DNA from: Bacilli bacterium
GTDB lineage: Bacteria > Bacillota_I > Bacilli_A > RF39 > UBA660
Assembly (NCBI GenBank): GCA_017404555.1
Contig: JAFRCD010000001.1
Span: forward strand, 15,850 to 79,849
Reading direction: 5' to 3'
DNA: 64,000 bases
How positions within the stretch are numbered: the stretch's first letter is position 1; every line of letters begins with the position of its first letter. The notes under the pieces were generated by a model. That model was not told the origin of the DNA. It saw nothing but the letters and a program-made list of their open reading frames with translations, and did not search any database. Below are positions 60,603 to 64,000 of this stretch, in pieces. Made by a program: the position numbers and the translations under genes.

Positions 60603-62043
60603 GTATTTAGATTTGAATATTAAAGAAATAAATGAACTTCTAAAGAAAAAAGAGATTAAAGTTAGTGATTTAGTTAAAGAAGCTATTGAGAGAATTGAAA
60701 ATAGTGATTTAAATGCTTTTATTACTCTTTGTAAAGAAGAAGCTTTAAAGAAAGCTGAAGAATTAGATGATAAAGAAGTTGATAATTTACTTTTTGGTAT
60801 ACCTATTGCTATTAAAGACAATATCGTTACTAAAAATATTAAAACTACTGCTGGTTCTTTGATGCTTAATAATTTCAATCCTACTTATAATGCTGATGTT
60901 GTAGAACTAATTAATGAAAAGAATATGGTTATTATTGGTAAAACCAATATGGATGAATTTGCTATGGGTTCTTCTAATCAGACTTCATACTTTGGACCAG
61001 TTAAGAATCCTTGGAATAAAACTAAAGTACCAGGTGGATCATCTGGAGGTAATGCTGCTTGTATATCTTCTCGTTTAGTACCTTTTGCTTTAGGTAGTGA
61101 TACAGGAGGATCTATTAGACAGCCATCAGCTTTTTGTGGTACTGTTGGCTTAAAGCCTACTTATGGAAGAGTATCTCGTTATGGTCTAATTGCTTTTGCT
61201 TCTAGCTTAGATCAAATTGGACCAATGACTAGAAATGTTTATGAGAATGCTTTATTATTAAATGCTATTTGTAAGAAAAGTAAAAATGATTTAACTAGTA
61301 GTGATACCAATGAAGACTTTACAAGATTAATTGGTGAAGATATTAAAGGTATGAAAATAGGTATTCCTAAATTCTATATTAGTGATGTCATTGATAAAGA
61401 TATTTTAGATAAGTTTAAGGAAATAGTTTCTCTTTTAGAAGAAAAAGGAGCTACTATAGATTATGTTGATATTGACTATATCGATAAATGTGTACCTTTG
61501 TATCAAATTATTGCTTTAGGAGAAGCATCTTCTAATTTAGCTCGTTTTGATGGTATTAGATATGGATATGCTGCTAAAGATATTGATAATATTGATGATT
61601 TATATTATAAAACTAGAAGCCAAGGCTTTGGTGAAGAAGTAAAAAGAAGAATTATGGTAGGTAGTTATCTTTTGAGTGGTGAAAATGTTGATGTTTATTA
61701 CAACAATGCTTTAAGAATAAGAAATGCTATGCGTAATTCCTTCTTAGATAAATTTAATAGTTATGATCTTTTAATTGGACCAACTACAACTACGGTAGCC
61801 TATGATTTAAATAGTGATTTAGATGATCCTAATAAATCTTTTATGGATGATGTTTTAACTATTCCTGTTAATATGGCAGGACTTCCAGCTATGAGCTTAC
61901 CAATTGGTTTTAGTAACGATCTTCCTATTGGAATGCAGATAATTGGTAAACCAGAAGATGAGGCTCTTATCTATAAATTGGGTAGTTTTATTGAAAAAGA
62001 ATTATCCTTAGACTTAGATCCAAGAGGTGATAAAGATGAATAA
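60595..62043 (+). CDS. gatA: Asp/Glu-tRNA amidotransferase subunit A (amidase)
   Basis: Amidase signature GGSSGGNAACIS..GSDTGGSIRQPSAFCG. Overlaps gatC by 8 nt. Confidence 0.9.
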   Translation: MSKYLDLNIKEINELLKKKEIKVSDLVKEAIERIENSDLNAFITLCKEEALKKAEELDDKEVDNLLFGIPIAIKDNIVTKNIKTTAGSLMLNNFNPTYNADVVELINEKNMVIIGKTNMDEFAMGSSNQTSYFGPVKNPWNKTKVPGGSSGGNAACISSRLVPFALGSDTGGSIRQPSAFCGTVGLKPTYGRVSRYGLIAFASSLDQIGPMTRNVYENALLLNAICKKSKNDLTSSDTNEDFTRLIGEDIKGMKIGIPKFYISDVIDKDILDKFKEIVSLLEEKGATIDYVDIDYIDKCVPLYQIIALGEASSNLARFDGIRYGYAAKDIDNIDDLYYKTRSQGFGEEVKRRIMVGSYLLSGENVDVYYNNALRIRNAMRNSFLDKFNSYDLLIGPTTTTVAYDLNSDLDDPNKSFMDDVLTIPVNMAGLPAMSLPIGFSNDLPIGMQIIGKPEDEALIYKLGSFIEKELSLDLDPRGDKDE

Positions 62044-63475
62044 TTATTTAAAAACTATTGGATTAGAAGTTCATTTAGAGCTAAAGAGTAAAAATAAAAT
62101 TTTCTCATCTAGTATTAATGGCTTTGGTAGTAGTGCCAATACTTTGATTAATGAAATAGATTTGGGTTATCCAGGGGTTTTACCAATTATGAATGAAGAA
62201 GTAATTAATCTTGGTATTAAAGCGGCTATTATCTTAAATTGTAAAATTAATAAAAAGATGCATTTTGATCGTAAGAATTATTTCTATCCCGATCTTCCTA
62301 AAGGTTATCAGATAACTCAGAGCAGAACACCTATTGGTTATGATGGTTATGTTGAAATAGAGCGAGATGGAGAAGTAAAAAGAATTGAAATTAGTGATAT
62401 TCATTTAGAAGAAGATACTGCTAAGAGTACGCATCGTCAAAATGAAAGCCTTTTGGATTTCAATAGAGCAGGAGTTCCTCTTTTAGAGATTGTTACTAAA
62501 GCTTGTATTGATGATCCAATTGATGCCAAACTTTATCTAGAAAAACTAAAGGAATTAATGCTTTATGCTGATATATCAGACTGTAAAATGGAAGAAGGAT
62601 CAATGAGATGTGATGCAAATATATCAGTACGTAAAAAAGAACAAGATAAATTAAACGAAAAGATTGAAATTAAAAATATTGGTTCTATTTCTAATGTTGT
62701 TTTAGCTTTAGAACAATGTGCTAAAGAACAAATTGAAATGTATGAAAACAACGAAAGTATTAGAGCTCAAACCCGTAGATTTGATGATAAATTAAACAAG
62801 ACAGTTTTAATGCGTTATAAAGAAACAGTTAATGATTATCGTTATTTTCCTGAACCAGATATTCCTTATGTTTATCTTGATGATGAAAGAATTGAAAGTA
62901 TTAAAAAAGATATTCCTTTACTACCAGATGAGTTACGAAGGATTTATCATGAAAAGGGGTTAAATGACATAAGTAGTAATAAACTAATCAACAATTTATC
63001 TCTGTCAAAATTCTTTAATAGTTTCCTTGATGAAGAAATAGATCTAGTGACGGCTTCTAATTTATTATTAGGTGATATTGCTTCCTATTTAAACAAATTA
63101 GAAATAACTATTGCTGATACTAAACTTACTAAAGATAAATTTATTTCCTTAGTAAATAAAGTTTCTGATAATAGTCTAACTAGTAGAAATGTTAAAGATA
63201 TTTTAGAAGATGTCTTAGAAAAAGATCTTTCATTAGAAGAAATAATTAAAGAAAAAGGTATTGCTAATATCACTGATAGTAATGAATTAAGTGATTTGGT
63301 TGATCAAGTAATTTCTGCAAATGAAGCTAGTGTTACGGATTATTTAAATGGTCATGACAGGGCTCTTAAATACTTGATGGGTCAGATTATGAAGGCCTCA
63401 CAGGGTAAGGCTAATCCAGCGATGGTTAATAAAATTTTAATTGAAAAGTTACAATTGAAAAAGAAGAATAACTAG
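62036..63475 (+). CDS. gatB: Asp/Glu-tRNA amidotransferase subunit B
   Basis: The N-terminus (IGLEVHLEL) and the YFYPDLPKGYQITQ motif are GatB hallmarks. The C-terminus is a YqeY-like tail. Confidence 0.9.
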   Translation: MNNYLKTIGLEVHLELKSKNKIFSSSINGFGSSANTLINEIDLGYPGVLPIMNEEVINLGIKAAIILNCKINKKMHFDRKNYFYPDLPKGYQITQSRTPIGYDGYVEIERDGEVKRIEISDIHLEEDTAKSTHRQNESLLDFNRAGVPLLEIVTKACIDDPIDAKLYLEKLKELMLYADISDCKMEEGSMRCDANISVRKKEQDKLNEKIEIKNIGSISNVVLALEQCAKEQIEMYENNESIRAQTRRFDDKLNKTVLMRYKETVNDYRYFPEPDIPYVYLDDERIESIKKDIPLLPDELRRIYHEKGLNDISSNKLINNLSLSKFFNSFLDEEIDLVTASNLLLGDIASYLNKLEITIADTKLTKDKFISLVNKVSDNSLTSRNVKDILEDVLEKDLSLEEIIKEKGIANITDSNELSDLVDQVISANEASVTDYLNGHDRALKYLMGQIMKASQGKANPAMVNKILIEKLQLKKKNN

Positions 63476-63508
63476 TGTATAATAATCTATAATAGAGGAG
63501 TTGAAAAA

Positions 63509-63964
63509 ATGGAATATATAAAAGCTCATAAATTTATGGTGGTTGCTTTAATAGTATTAGTATTATTGTTAATCATGATAGTTCAATTAAAGAATATTTT
63601 CTTACCTAAGCAAGCTAGTGGTGCTGCTTATGGAGATCGTTTAGCAGGTATTAAAAAAGTAAAAATCAATAATGATTTAAAAGACAGTATTAAGTCTAAA
63701 TTAGAAAGTGACGGTATGGTTAAAAAAGCTGTTGTAAGAACTCAAGGACGGATTCTTAGAGTAACTGTTACTGTTGAAGATAGTGTTTTAGCTAATGACG
63801 CTAAGAGTTTAGCTGATATTGTTAAGAATAAGATATCTAGTAAACAGAATAAATATTTTGATACAGAAATTATCATTAAGAAAGATGCTAATGATGCTAG
63901 TTTCCCTATTATAGGTTACAAGCAACATACTAAAGATAACTTTTCTTGGACAAAAGATAGGTGA
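63509..63964 (+). CDS. hypothetical membrane-anchored protein
   Basis: N-terminal TM (FMVVALIVLVLLLIMIV) with the RBS GAGGAG. Confidence 0.5.
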   Translation: MEYIKAHKFMVVALIVLVLLLIMIVQLKNIFLPKQASGAAYGDRLAGIKKVKINNDLKDSIKSKLESDGMVKKAVVRTQGRILRVTVTVEDSVLANDAKSLADIVKNKISSKQNKYFDTEIIIKKDANDASFPIIGYKQHTKDNFSWTKDR

Positions 63965-63970
63965 TAGTAT

Positions 63971-64000
63971 ATGAAGAAAAAGTATATTATTATTCCCTTA
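63971..64000 (+). CDS. 5' end of a CDS continuing beyond the window
   Basis: ATG followed by aagaaaaagtatattattattccctta. Partial. Confidence 0.3.
   Translation, partial: MKKKYIIIPL

Overview
This window is a low-GC (about 28-30%) Firmicutes-type chromosomal segment, read almost entirely on the + strand with the standard genetic code. It carries a scattered set of housekeeping genes: glmS, miaB, rpsP plus a KH protein, cdsA, rseP, lonA, pcrA, priA, fmt, a frameshifted ligA, and gatCAB. Sporulation-lineage markers are present (SpoVS, a SpoVID-like LysM protein).

The clearest accessory block is a roughly 9 kb defence island at 3481-12191:
- A FokI-like type IIS R-M pair: a fused double Dam-like methyltransferase followed by a putative endonuclease.
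- A fused DUF262/DUF1524 GmrSD-like type IV enzyme, translationally coupled to the endonuclease gene.
- A tightly coupled three-gene module ending in an ABC/Rad50-like ATPase. The ATPase has a CPWC zinc-hook-like motif in a long insert between Walker A and Walker B, making it an RloC- or Lamassu-like candidate. The two small partner proteins are unrecognisable.

The island is bracketed by unusual GC-rich or repeated intergenic motifs and carries no integrase.

A second accessory theme is cell surface and adhesion. There are two tandem paralogous genes for 600-aa proteins that have type IV prepilin N-termini and Cys-rich Ig-like repeat modules. There is also a small ComGC-like pilin next to a TQxA-motif (thioester-domain-like) surface protein and a sortase-like transpeptidase. 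Two large repeat-containing membrane-anchored proteins complete this set.

No rRNA, tRNA, CRISPR array, transposase or integrase was detected. The rho-independent terminators that follow genes and a consensus sigma-A promoter upstream of rpsP are readable directly from the sequence.
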